A stretch of 64,000 nucleotides of DNA. Origin: an uncultured Bacteroidales bacterium (GTDB lineage: Bacteria; Bacteroidota; Bacteroidia; Bacteroidales; VadinHA17). The DNA is taken from the NCBI GenBank assembly GCA_963825935.1, contig CAWGUN010000012.1, forward strand, positions 5,323 to 69,322, given 5' to 3'. The notes under the pieces were generated by a model. That model saw nothing but the letters and a program-made list of their open reading frames with translations. It had not been told where the DNA came from and did no database searches. The translations under genes were made by a program, and so were the position numbers. Shown piece by piece: positions 17,750 to 26,145 of the stretch. Every line of letters begins with the position of its first letter. Positions within the stretch are counted from its first letter, which is position 1.

Positions 17750-19558
17750 ATGCCTGATGTAATCAAGCTTTTACCCGACTCGGTTGCCAACCAGATAGCT
17801 GCCGGGGAAGTAATACTGAGGCCGGCGTCTGTAGTGAAGGAGCTGATGGAGAATGCTGTTGATGCGGGCGGTAAGAATATAAATGTCATAATTAAAGATT
17901 CCGGCAAAACACTTATCCAGGTGATTGATGATGGTTCAGGCATGTCGGAAACTGATGCCAGGCTGGCATTTGAGAGGCATGCCACATCAAAAATTTCATC
18001 TGCGAAGGATCTTTTTGCTATCACCACCAAAGGATTCAGGGGTGAAGCGCTCGCGTCGATTGCTGCGGTGGCTATGGTAGAGCTGAAGACCCGGAAGGAG
18101 GACAATGATGCCGGGACTCTCGTTGTGATTAACGGGTCAAAGGTTGATGCACAGGAACCATGCAGTTGTCCCAGGGGTTCAAGTTTCTCCGTCAAGAACC
18201 TGTTCTATAATATTCCGGCCAGGCGTAAATTTCTTAAATCAGATAATACTGAATTGCGTCATATAATTAATGAATTTCAGAAAGTCGTTATCGCACATTC
18301 TGATATCAGATTTTCGCTTCACCATAATGACAACGAAATCTATAATCTGGTATCTGGTAACCAAAGGCAGCGGATAATAGGTGTCTTCGGAAAACAGATT
18401 AACCAGGATCTTATCACGCTTGAAACTGAAACCAGTCTTATCTGTATAAGAGGATTCATTGGCAAACCAGAGAATGCCCGCCGTACATATGGCGAACAAT
18501 TCTTCTTTGTCAATAACCGGTTTATGAAGCATCCATATTTTCATAAAGCTGTGGCTGAAGCCTATCAGAACATTCTCCCTGCGGACTCTATCCCGACATA
18601 TTTTATATTCATGGAATCAGACCCGGCTTCAATTGACATCAACATCCACCCTACCAAGACAGAAATAAAATTTGAAGATGAAAGATCTATCTGGCAGATA
18701 CTTATGGCCTCAGTCCGCGAAGCTCTGGGACGTTTCAATATTGTACCTTCGCTCGACTTTGAGAATGAAGCTTTAATTGATATACCTGTCAGAAGTTCAA
18801 TGGATGCTATTCCGGAACAACCCGGAATTGAAGTTGATCCTCTTTATAATCCATTTGACAGAGATGAGACATCAATGCACAGGCCGGATTTTGTAGAAAG
18901 GTTCGAAAGAGAGAATGTCGCTAACTGGGAGAAGCTTTATTCGACTCTTGAAAAAGAAAATGAAAACCAGGACAATACCGGAAAAATAAGGGAAAGTGAA
19001 AGGAGATTTTTCCAGGTAAAAAATAAATATATTGTTTGCACTGTTAAATCCGGGCTAATGCTTATCGATCAGAAACGGGCTCATGAAAGGGTGCTATATG
19101 AGAAATACCTCGAGTGTCTCAGGAAGAACAGGTCAGTAAGCCAGTCAGAACTATTTCCTGTAACTGTTGAAATAAATCCGGCCGATGTCCAGGTTTTAAA
19201 AGAATTGGAAAATGAACTGAAACTTCTTGGCTTTTCAATTCAGTTTTCAGGGAAAAACAAGATTATAATAAAAGCGCGCCCATCAGAATCGGGCTCCTCC
19301 GATCCGGCTGAAATGCTTGAAATACTTATTGAAGAGTTCAAGAGCACCCAGGCTGATCCTTTGACAGGCAGAATAGAAAAACTCGCAGCTGCAATGGCCG
19401 GAGCCTCAGCTATACCTTACGGCAAAGCGCTGGTCCAGGGTGAAATGGAGGATCTTTTTGATACTTTGTTTGCATGCTCGGCACCAAACTATACAGCAAA
19501 AGGAAGACCTGTAATGACAATAATCACACTTGAAGATCTTGATAAAAAATTTAAATAG
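17750..19558 (+). CDS. mutL: DNA mismatch repair protein MutL
   Basis: ORF 17660-19558. The canonical start MPDVIKLLPDSVANQIAAGEV is at 17750. GHKL ATPase motifs are present (DDGSGM, GFRGEAL). Confidence 0.95.
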   Translation: MPDVIKLLPDSVANQIAAGEVILRPASVVKELMENAVDAGGKNINVIIKDSGKTLIQVIDDGSGMSETDARLAFERHATSKISSAKDLFAITTKGFRGEALASIAAVAMVELKTRKEDNDAGTLVVINGSKVDAQEPCSCPRGSSFSVKNLFYNIPARRKFLKSDNTELRHIINEFQKVVIAHSDIRFSLHHNDNEIYNLVSGNQRQRIIGVFGKQINQDLITLETETSLICIRGFIGKPENARRTYGEQFFFVNNRFMKHPYFHKAVAEAYQNILPADSIPTYFIFMESDPASIDINIHPTKTEIKFEDERSIWQILMASVREALGRFNIVPSLDFENEALIDIPVRSSMDAIPEQPGIEVDPLYNPFDRDETSMHRPDFVERFERENVANWEKLYSTLEKENENQDNTGKIRESERRFFQVKNKYIVCTVKSGLMLIDQKRAHERVLYEKYLECLRKNRSVSQSELFPVTVEINPADVQVLKELENELKLLGFSIQFSGKNKIIIKARPSESGSSDPAEMLEILIEEFKSTQADPLTGRIEKLAAAMAGASAIPYGKALVQGEMEDLFDTLFACSAPNYTAKGRPVMTIITLEDLDKKFK

Positions 19559-19564
19559 GTTTAA

Positions 19565-20233
19565 ATGAACGGATACGGAAGAGGTTTTTTAGGATTGCCA
19601 CCAGTGGTGAAGAACATCATAATTATAAACATAATAATGCTGCTGGCAAAATATATAGCTGCAAGCGTTTTTCAGGTTGACCTTGTTGAAACCCTCGGAC
19701 TCTTTTTTCCGAAGTCAGAGCATTTCAGACCTGTCCAGATACTAACCCATATGTTCATGCATGCAGATTTCTGGCATCTATTTTTCAATATGTATGCATT
19801 ATTCATATTCGGGCAGGTTCTTGAAAATGTATGGGGACCGAAACGTTTTCTGATATATTATCTTGTTTGCGGACTTGGGGCAGTATTAGTTCATGAATCT
19901 GTAATTGCATTTGAATATCACCAGCTCATGAACAGTTCCAATCCTGAACTGGTTCAGATCTTGTTAAATACACCGACAATCGGTGCTTCAGGTGCTATCT
20001 TCGGCGTTCTTCTTGCATTCGGTGTACTGTTTCCAAATACTCAGCTTATGCTTCTCTTCCCTCCTATCCCCATCAAGGCAAAATACTTTGTACTGGGTTA
20101 TGGTGCTATTGAACTTTACCTTGCTTTTTCACAACCGGGAAGCAACATTGCTCATGCAGCGCATCTGGGGGGAATGCTGTTTGGTTATTTACTTATAAGA
20201 TACTGGAGAAAAACTACAAAAACCCTATACTGA
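19565..20233 (+). CDS. Rhomboid family intramembrane serine protease
   Basis: GASGAIFG catalytic Ser motif and AHLGGMLFG His motif, 6 TM helices. Confidence 0.88.
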   Translation: MNGYGRGFLGLPPVVKNIIIINIIMLLAKYIAASVFQVDLVETLGLFFPKSEHFRPVQILTHMFMHADFWHLFFNMYALFIFGQVLENVWGPKRFLIYYLVCGLGAVLVHESVIAFEYHQLMNSSNPELVQILLNTPTIGASGAIFGVLLAFGVLFPNTQLMLLFPPIPIKAKYFVLGYGAIELYLAFSQPGSNIAHAAHLGGMLFGYLLIRYWRKTTKTLY

Positions 20234-21120
20234 TGGGAATCTGGGACGAAATAAAAAATACATTCCATAAAGGTACTAACCTGACCAGGCTGATCTACAT
20301 CAATACTGGAGTTTTTCTTATTATTTCAGCAGCTGCCATTATTGGATTTTTGCTTAAGAATCCTGCTGTTGCATCAAAAACCCTTAACCTGTTCGCTATT
20401 CCTGCTTCATTACATACTTTGTTTGTAAGACCCTGGACTTTAATAACATATATGTTTACCCACAAAGATATCCTGCATATCCTTTTTAATATGCTCTGGC
20501 TTTACTGGTTCGGAAGGATTTTTCTTGAATACCTCGATCAGAGAAAGCTGGTCGCGGTATATCTTCTCGGGGGGATTTGCGGTGCCGTTGTTTATGTACT
20601 TTCCTTTAATATTTTCCCTGCTTTCACAGGTATTGTAGACGAATCTGTAGCTATTGGAGCTTCAGCATCAGTAATGGCCATTGTAATTGCAATTGCTGCA
20701 TATGTTCCCGACTATACCATCCAGCTTTTTCTTTTCGGAAGAATAAAGATCAAATATATGGCGCTTGCAATATTCGTACTGACTTCATTAGTGGATTTCT
20801 CGGTTAATTCAGGGGGCAAGCTGGCACATATCGGTGGGGCTTTTTTCGGATTGTTTTATACGTTAAATCTGAAAAAGGGACTTGATATCGGAAAGGGGTT
20901 CAACAGGATCATTGATTTCTTCGCGACATTATTCAAACCAAGGAAGAAGCTTAAGGTTACTTATAAGAAGCCTGTTACCGACTACGATTATAACAAAATA
21001 AAGGCTGATCATCAGGCTAAAATCAATCATATTCTGGATAAAATCTCAAAGGGCGGCTACGATAGCCTGACAAAAGAGGAAAAAGATACTCTCTTCAGAG
21101 AAAGCCAGAAGAAAAATTGA
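20233..21120 (+). CDS. Rhomboid family intramembrane serine protease (second paralogue, with C-terminal extension)
   Basis: GASASVMA and AHIGGAFFG motifs. The start overlaps the previous stop by 1 nt. Confidence 0.85.
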   Translation: MGIWDEIKNTFHKGTNLTRLIYINTGVFLIISAAAIIGFLLKNPAVASKTLNLFAIPASLHTLFVRPWTLITYMFTHKDILHILFNMLWLYWFGRIFLEYLDQRKLVAVYLLGGICGAVVYVLSFNIFPAFTGIVDESVAIGASASVMAIVIAIAAYVPDYTIQLFLFGRIKIKYMALAIFVLTSLVDFSVNSGGKLAHIGGAFFGLFYTLNLKKGLDIGKGFNRIIDFFATLFKPRKKLKVTYKKPVTDYDYNKIKADHQAKINHILDKISKGGYDSLTKEEKDTLFRESQKKN

Positions 21121-21234
21121 TCAACTCAAAAGTCTATTTTAAATAACCATAGCTGCAGCTTGTCAAAAAACGGCATTTACAAATGCTTTTTCCTCTGAAT
21201 ATCAGTAATTTCGATTCTAATTAACAGTGAATTT

Positions 21235-22326
21235 TTGAGAAAACTTCTATATAAAATCCTTCTGGCTGTAAATGTTTTGTTTGCGTTTGCGCTTCTCTTT
21301 TCATATCTGGCAGTACATATAAATCCGGAGAGCTTTGCCTTACCTGCCCTTTTTGGACTGGCCTATCCCTATCTTTTGCTGATCAATGTTATACTGGCTG
21401 TAACATGGGCAGTGTTATTAAGATATGAAGCTTTGATATCTGTTCTCGTTATTGCTACAGGATTTACTCACCTTTCCAATTATATTAAGATCGCGAAGCC
21501 GGTAGGGAATAAGGAAAATACAATTAAAGTCCTAAGCTATAACGTCAGATTATTCAATAATTTCGAGGGGGAAAATGCCAGTTCAGAAAATAAAATACTT
21601 GCGTTCCTTAAAGATCAGCATCCTGATATTCTCTTTCTTCAGGAGTTTTATGTAAATGGCGATCCTGTAGAGAAAGATCTCGCCATAAAAGCAGCGCTCG
21701 GAGGTGAATATTATTCGCATACAAAATTGATTGGCAGCGGTAGAAACCGCTATTATGGCATTGCAACCTACACAAAATACCAGATTGTCCGGAAGGGTCA
21801 AATAGTCCATCCGGGATCATCGAGCCTTTCAATCTTCACTGATATTCTGGTCGGAAAGGATACCTTCAGGATTTTCAATAACCATCTTCAATCATTCCGG
21901 TTAAGGAAAATGGAGCGTTCATTCATTAATGAAATGACCGTTGACGACAAAGAAACTATTAATGAGTTCAAAACTCTGTCAGTAAGTCTTAAAAAAGGAT
22001 TCATAAGGAGGGCCCAGCAGTCTGAAGCAGTAAAGGCACAGATCAATCATTCACCATATCCGGTAATAGTGGCAGGCGATTTTAATGATACGCCGGTTTC
22101 ATATTCCTACAGAAAGATCCGTAAAGGACTTAATGATTCATTTGTCAATTCGGGTTATGGAGCAGGATTCACCTACAGGGGAAATTATCCTGCTAACAGA
22201 ATCGATTATATTCTTTATGATAATACACTGGAAAGCAGGTACTTTCAAATATTCAAGGTTAAATATTCTGACCACTATCCCATTGTTGCATATTTAAGAA
22301 AAGCCACTAAAAAGGCAGCTTCCTGA
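21235..22326 (+). CDS. Membrane-anchored endonuclease/exonuclease/phosphatase (EEP) family protein
   Basis: TTG start on the ORF track. Three N-terminal TM helices, then EEP motifs (LSYNV, LQEF, GDFND, SDHYPI). Confidence 0.8.
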   Translation: MRKLLYKILLAVNVLFAFALLFSYLAVHINPESFALPALFGLAYPYLLLINVILAVTWAVLLRYEALISVLVIATGFTHLSNYIKIAKPVGNKENTIKVLSYNVRLFNNFEGENASSENKILAFLKDQHPDILFLQEFYVNGDPVEKDLAIKAALGGEYYSHTKLIGSGRNRYYGIATYTKYQIVRKGQIVHPGSSSLSIFTDILVGKDTFRIFNNHLQSFRLRKMERSFINEMTVDDKETINEFKTLSVSLKKGFIRRAQQSEAVKAQINHSPYPVIVAGDFNDTPVSYSYRKIRKGLNDSFVNSGYGAGFTYRGNYPANRIDYILYDNTLESRYFQIFKVKYSDHYPIVAYLRKATKKAAS

Positions 22327-23251
22327 AATCCACATTTCCTCCGCTGATAATTAATCCGGTCTTTTTCCTCCGGAAAAAATCGGGATTTTCTTTAATAATT
22401 GCAAGTACCGTTGCTGAAGATGGTTCAATTATAATTTTCATTCTTTCCCACACAAGGAGCATACATTCTATAATAGATTCTTCCCTGGCAGTAAAAATAT
22501 AATCTACATTTTTCCTGATAACTGAAAAAGTCAATTCACTGAGTGAGGTCAGGAGCCCGTCGGCTACTGTTAATGGATTAACAGAAGGGGTCAGCTTTCC
22601 TGTAGTAAATGATTTCCAGGCATCGTTTGCATTTAACGGTTCGGCGCCAACCACCTTTATGCTTTCATTTATTCCCCTGACTGTTGTTGAGGTACCGCTC
22701 ATCAAGCCTCCTCCGCCAACCGGGGCAACAACAATTTCGAGATCTTTTATCTCATCAAGCAGCTCGAGAGCCGCAGTTCCCTGTCCGCAGATCACATTGA
22801 AATTATCATATGGATGAATGAGTGTCGCTCCTGTTTTTTCCATTATGATCCTCGTGGTTTCTTCCCTTGCCTGCAGCGTAGGTTTACAGAATGTGATCTC
22901 AGCTCCATACCCCGCAACAGCATTTTTCTTTACAGCAGGAGCGCTCTCGGGCATTACAATATATGCTTTTACACCATTCATGCGGGCTGCAAGCGAAAGC
23001 GCAGCAGCATGGTTCCCGGAGGAATGTGTTGCCACTCCCATCTTTTTCTCGCTATCCGTCAATGAAAGAACAGCGTTAGTTGCACCGCGAAATTTAAATG
23101 CACCTACTTTCTGAAAATTTTCGCATTTAAAGAATAGTTCACTATCAAAGATTTTGTTGAGCTGATGTGAACTCAGAACAGGAGTAAGATGGATGAATGG
23201 CCTTATCCTGGAATGAGCTGCCCTGATATCGGAGAGGGTTGGGAGATTCAT
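22307..23251 (-). CDS. PLP-dependent serine/threonine dehydratase family protein (threonine ammonia-lyase / serine racemase-like)
   Basis: FKCENFQKVGAFKFRGA (PLP lysine motif), GGGGL glycine loop, 314 aa. Confidence 0.85.
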   Translation of the reverse strand: MNLPTLSDIRAAHSRIRPFIHLTPVLSSHQLNKIFDSELFFKCENFQKVGAFKFRGATNAVLSLTDSEKKMGVATHSSGNHAAALSLAARMNGVKAYIVMPESAPAVKKNAVAGYGAEITFCKPTLQAREETTRIIMEKTGATLIHPYDNFNVICGQGTAALELLDEIKDLEIVVAPVGGGGLMSGTSTTVRGINESIKVVGAEPLNANDAWKSFTTGKLTPSVNPLTVADGLLTSLSELTFSVIRKNVDYIFTAREESIIECMLLVWERMKIIIEPSSATVLAIIKENPDFFRRKKTGLIISGGNVDFRKLPF

Positions 23252-23404
23252 AATAAGAGATTTTATTCAAAATTAAGAAAAAAGGAATCACATATATTCA
23301 GCCCCTCTCTCCGATCTTATTCTTAGAATCCTTTGTACATGAATAATATATTTCTTCTTAAGGTTCCATTATTAAATTTGAAAATGAGAAAATTTGAAAA
23401 AATG

Positions 23405-24802
23405 TTATATAAACAATCTCTTAAAACATAACTCAAACCGAGTACTTTCATTTTCTGTACTATCTACCTTTAAAGTCACTTCATGCAACTCCAATATTTT
23501 GGTAACCAGAGAAAGACCGATACCAAATCCACCTATGAATTTTACATTAGTTGCTCTCTTAAACGGTTTGTAAATACTTTCAACTTCATTGGATGGTATG
23601 CCTATGCCCTTATCAGAAATAATGATATTGATGAAATTGTCTGTAATTTCAAATTCTATACTAACAAAATAATGATATTAATGAACTTGTCCGAAATAAT
23701 ATTCCACGTCCTCATTAGAAAATTTACATGCATTATCGAGCAGATTTTTAAAAGCAATTTCAAGCATCCCAAAATTGCCATTAATAAGTAGTTCATTGCT
23801 ATTCTCAGGATATGTTATTTTGGGCACAATTTTACGTCCCTGATACTTGGTTTTTACTTGCTGAATGGTGTTAAATACTATCTCATCAATTCGCACATCT
23901 GAAAAAACGATACTTTTATCTTTATTAATTTGTGCTAATTCAAGTAGACTATTAATGAGTACATTAAGTTTTTTAAGGTCGCTGATTAATCCTGAAATAT
24001 GAGCGATATATTCCTCCTGCTTTCGCTCTCGGCTTAAAAAATAATCGCTCTCACCAATCATTACTGTGAGTGGTGTGCGCAATTCATGGGATGCATTAGA
24101 AACAAAATCTTCCTGATTATTAAATGCAATTTCCAAATCTGAAAGCATCTCATTGAATGTTATTGACAACTGGTCAATTTCATCTTTCCCGTTTCCTTCG
24201 TCAAGCCTATTACTAAGTTTTAAAGAATTAATTTCTTTGACATTTCTTACAATACGTGAAATTGGTTTTATTGCCCTTTTGGAGAATAAATATGAAAGCA
24301 GTACCGATAACCAAACACTGAACAGGATGCTCCAAAACAAGATTTTTCGAAGTTCTGATAAATTCTCAATACGGGATTTATCGTATGCCATAATATATAC
24401 ATAATAGGTGCGATTATCAAAGATGTGCTTATAGTAAACACCATCTTTTTCTGCAATTGAGAAGTAATTTAAATTACCATTAGCATAATTTATAAGAGTA
24501 CCATTATTTGACAGATATTGAATATTGTTACTGTAAACAAGATTATAGGCAGAATCGGTTATTACCAGTTCTTCCTTTTCCCATGATATGGTTGATTGCT
24601 GAATCTTTTTTAATAATGTTGAATCAACTTCGGCAACATTAATCAACAGAGTTGCCGTATTTTTTGCACTATCAAGAAGGTTTTGTCTGAATTTGGCGTG
24701 TTGGCTTGAATATGAAAAATAATATACAAGTACTGAGAAAAACAATAATATTCCAGCGACAATAAGTGTGAATTGAAATGATAATCTTGTTTTAATTTTC
24801 AT
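23405..24802 (-). pseudogene. Sensor histidine kinase interrupted by one in-frame TAA (23678-23680) between the N box and the G1 box
   Basis: The upstream part (374 aa) has 2 TM helices, a HAMP-like region, the H box SHELRTPL and the N box LLDNACKFS. Continuing in the same frame after the TAA gives YHYFVSIEFEITDNFINIIISDKGIGIPSNEVESIYKPFKRATNVKFIGGFGIGLSLVTKILELHEVTLKVDSTENESTRFELCFKRLFI, which contains the G1, F and G2 boxes, with the stop at 23405-23407. Confidence 0.75.
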
Positions 24803-24805
24803 CGC

Positions 24806-25498
24806 TTATATTTCTTTATCACTGCAATAAAAGCCAAAGCCAAATTTTGTATGGATTACTTTTGGCTCAAAATCTTTATCAATTTTTTTCCTTAAATAAT
24901 TGATATACACATCAATAATATTAGTATTTGGGTCAAATTCGATGCCCCAGACCTGTTCAATAATGAATTCACGTGTGAGTAATTTATCTTTATTTTTTAA
25001 GAAAGTCTCCAACAATAAAAATTCTTTCGCTGTTAAATCAATTTTTTTACTTGCTCGTGTAACTGTTTTAGTGTTCAAATCCATTTCAAGGTCGGCAATT
25101 CCAATCTTTTCAGGATTCATGACATTAGAATCTGAACGTCTGATAAACACATTCACACGTGCTAACAATTCTCTGAAATCAAATGGTTTTACTATATAGT
25201 CATCCGCACCCACATCGAATCCTGCTATTTTATTGTCAGATGTACCAAAGGCAGTTAGCATTATAATAGGAATGTTACTATTTGTCTTACGAATTTCTCT
25301 ACATAAATCATAACCATTAATTAATGGCAGATTAATGTCTAAAATGATAAGATTATATTTATTTCTTTCAACCAATTGTTTGCCGACATACCCATCGTAA
25401 GCAATTTCTGCGTTGAATCCAGAATCTTCTAATTGTTTTTTTAATATTTCAGCAAGTCGTTGTTCATCCTCAACGATTAATATTTTGATGTCCTCCAT
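24806..25498 (-). CDS. OmpR/PhoB-family response regulator
   Basis: Receiver domain (ILIVEDE, LIILDINLP, MLTA, KPF) plus a winged-helix C-terminus. Lies 3 nt upstream of the kinase gene. Confidence 0.92.
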   Translation of the reverse strand: MEDIKILIVEDEQRLAEILKKQLEDSGFNAEIAYDGYVGKQLVERNKYNLIILDINLPLINGYDLCREIRKTNSNIPIIMLTAFGTSDNKIAGFDVGADDYIVKPFDFRELLARVNVFIRRSDSNVMNPEKIGIADLEMDLNTKTVTRASKKIDLTAKEFLLLETFLKNKDKLLTREFIIEQVWGIEFDPNTNIIDVYINYLRKKIDKDFEPKVIHTKFGFGFYCSDKEI

Positions 25499-25517
25499 TG
25501 TGACTGTCTTTTATATA

Positions 25518-25525
25518 CAAATTTA
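25518..25525 (-). promoter_or_regulatory. Candidate -7 box (TAAATTTG) for the response regulator/kinase operon
   Basis: The plus strand reads CAAATTTA, 20-27 nt upstream of the ATG at 25498. Confidence 0.35.
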
Positions 25526-25560
25526 CAATATGAAAGACAAATAATCCAAGTTTAAGGAGT

Positions 25561-25578
25561 TTCTAATCAACTTCTAAT
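25561..25578 (+). promoter_or_regulatory. Direct repeat TTCTAAT-N4-TTCTAAT (module A), candidate OmpR-family binding site
   Basis: Two identical heptamers 11 bp apart, centre to centre. They lie 33 nt upstream of TAGATTTA (25612-25619) on the plus strand and 36 nt from the minus-strand -7 box. Confidence 0.45.
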
Positions 25579-25652
25579 GTTTTTTTAATCAAAAATAATG
25601 TGGCTCATTCATAGATTTACTGCAGAACTATAAAGCATAATTGCTATTTATT

Positions 25653-25751
25653 TTGAAAAGTCAAAAATTTTCAAACGAATTTCTTAACATAATTGCATTG
25701 GCAATTGTAATTGTATCAATTATTTTAGTTATAGTTCTTATTATGATTTAA
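25653..25751 (+). CDS. Possible 32-aa hydrophobic peptide (TTG start): KSQKFSNEFLNIIALAIVIVSIILVIVLIMI
   Basis: Lies downstream of promoter module A. It has a single TM-like stretch and is followed by a weak hairpin (25757-25786). Below the ORF-track cutoff, non-ATG start. Confidence 0.2.
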   Translation: MKSQKFSNEFLNIIALAIVIVSIILVIVLIMI

Positions 25752-25794
25752 TGATTGATTCAGAAAAATTTGGCTGAATTGTTTTCTAAAGAGT

Positions 25795-25812
25795 TTCTAA
25801 TAATCTTCTAAT
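25795..25812 (+). promoter_or_regulatory. Direct repeat TTCTAAT-N4-TTCTAAT (module B), candidate OmpR-family binding site
   Basis: Same heptamers and same 11-bp spacing as module A. It lies 32 nt upstream of a perfect TAAATTTG. The surrounding region of about 70 nt is a diverged copy of 25558-25626. Confidence 0.45.
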
Positions 25813-25844
25813 CATTTTTTAACCAATATAATAATAGTCATCTG

Positions 25845-25852
25845 TAAATTTG
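25845..25852 (+). promoter_or_regulatory. Candidate -7 box TAAATTTG (module B promoter)
   Basis: Exact TAnnTTTG, 29 nt upstream of the small-ORF ATG at 25881. Confidence 0.4.
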
Positions 25853-25880
25853 TTACAGTCATATCAACTCATTTATTATT

Positions 25881-25982
25881 ATGAAACTACCAAAAATGTC
25901 AAATGGATTTAAGGTTTTTCTTATTTGGTTAGGATTTTTTATTCTATTAGCCATTCTCAAGATATATTTTTTCCCCGGGTAG
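25881..25982 (+). CDS. Possible 33-aa hydrophobic peptide MKLPKMSNGFKVFLIWLGFFILLAILKIYFFPG
   Basis: ATG start with a promoter module upstream, one TM-like helix, and a good terminator hairpin downstream (26068-26108). Confidence 0.35.
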   Translation: MKLPKMSNGFKVFLIWLGFFILLAILKIYFFPG

Positions 25983-26067
25983 GCAAAGCAAACAATTATA
26001 ATTGTTAAAAATAACTTGATATAAAAAATGTGAAAAACCTTGTTTACTTAATACTTTGTTTCTTCAG

Positions 26068-26108
26068 AAGGCAGTTGTCATTATAATTCATCGGCAACTG
26101 CTTTTTTT
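26068..26108 (+). terminator. Rho-independent terminator-like hairpin
   Basis: Stem GCAGTTG (26071-26077) pairs with CAACTGC (26095-26101), extendable by flanking pairs, followed by T7 (26102-26108). Confidence 0.6.
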
Positions 26109-26145
26109 AATTAATTGATTTCCTGTTGCTAATATTTCACATGAA

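Noticed and set aside
17650-18195. 181-aa minus-strand ORF
   Set aside because: It is antisense to the strongly conserved N-terminal ATPase domain of mutL. Its composition (Ser/Ala/Ile-rich) is typical of a shadow ORF.
23678-23680. The TAA inside the kinase could be a reassigned or recoded codon
   Set aside because: TAA serves as an ordinary stop for many neighbouring well-defined genes (for example at 36913-36915, 50727-50729 and 33289-33291). A genome-wide reassignment is therefore excluded, and no recoding signal was seen.
23483-23791. 102-aa plus-strand ORF
   Set aside because: It is antisense to the 3' fragment of the histidine kinase. The minus strand here encodes clear G1/F/G2 kinase boxes.
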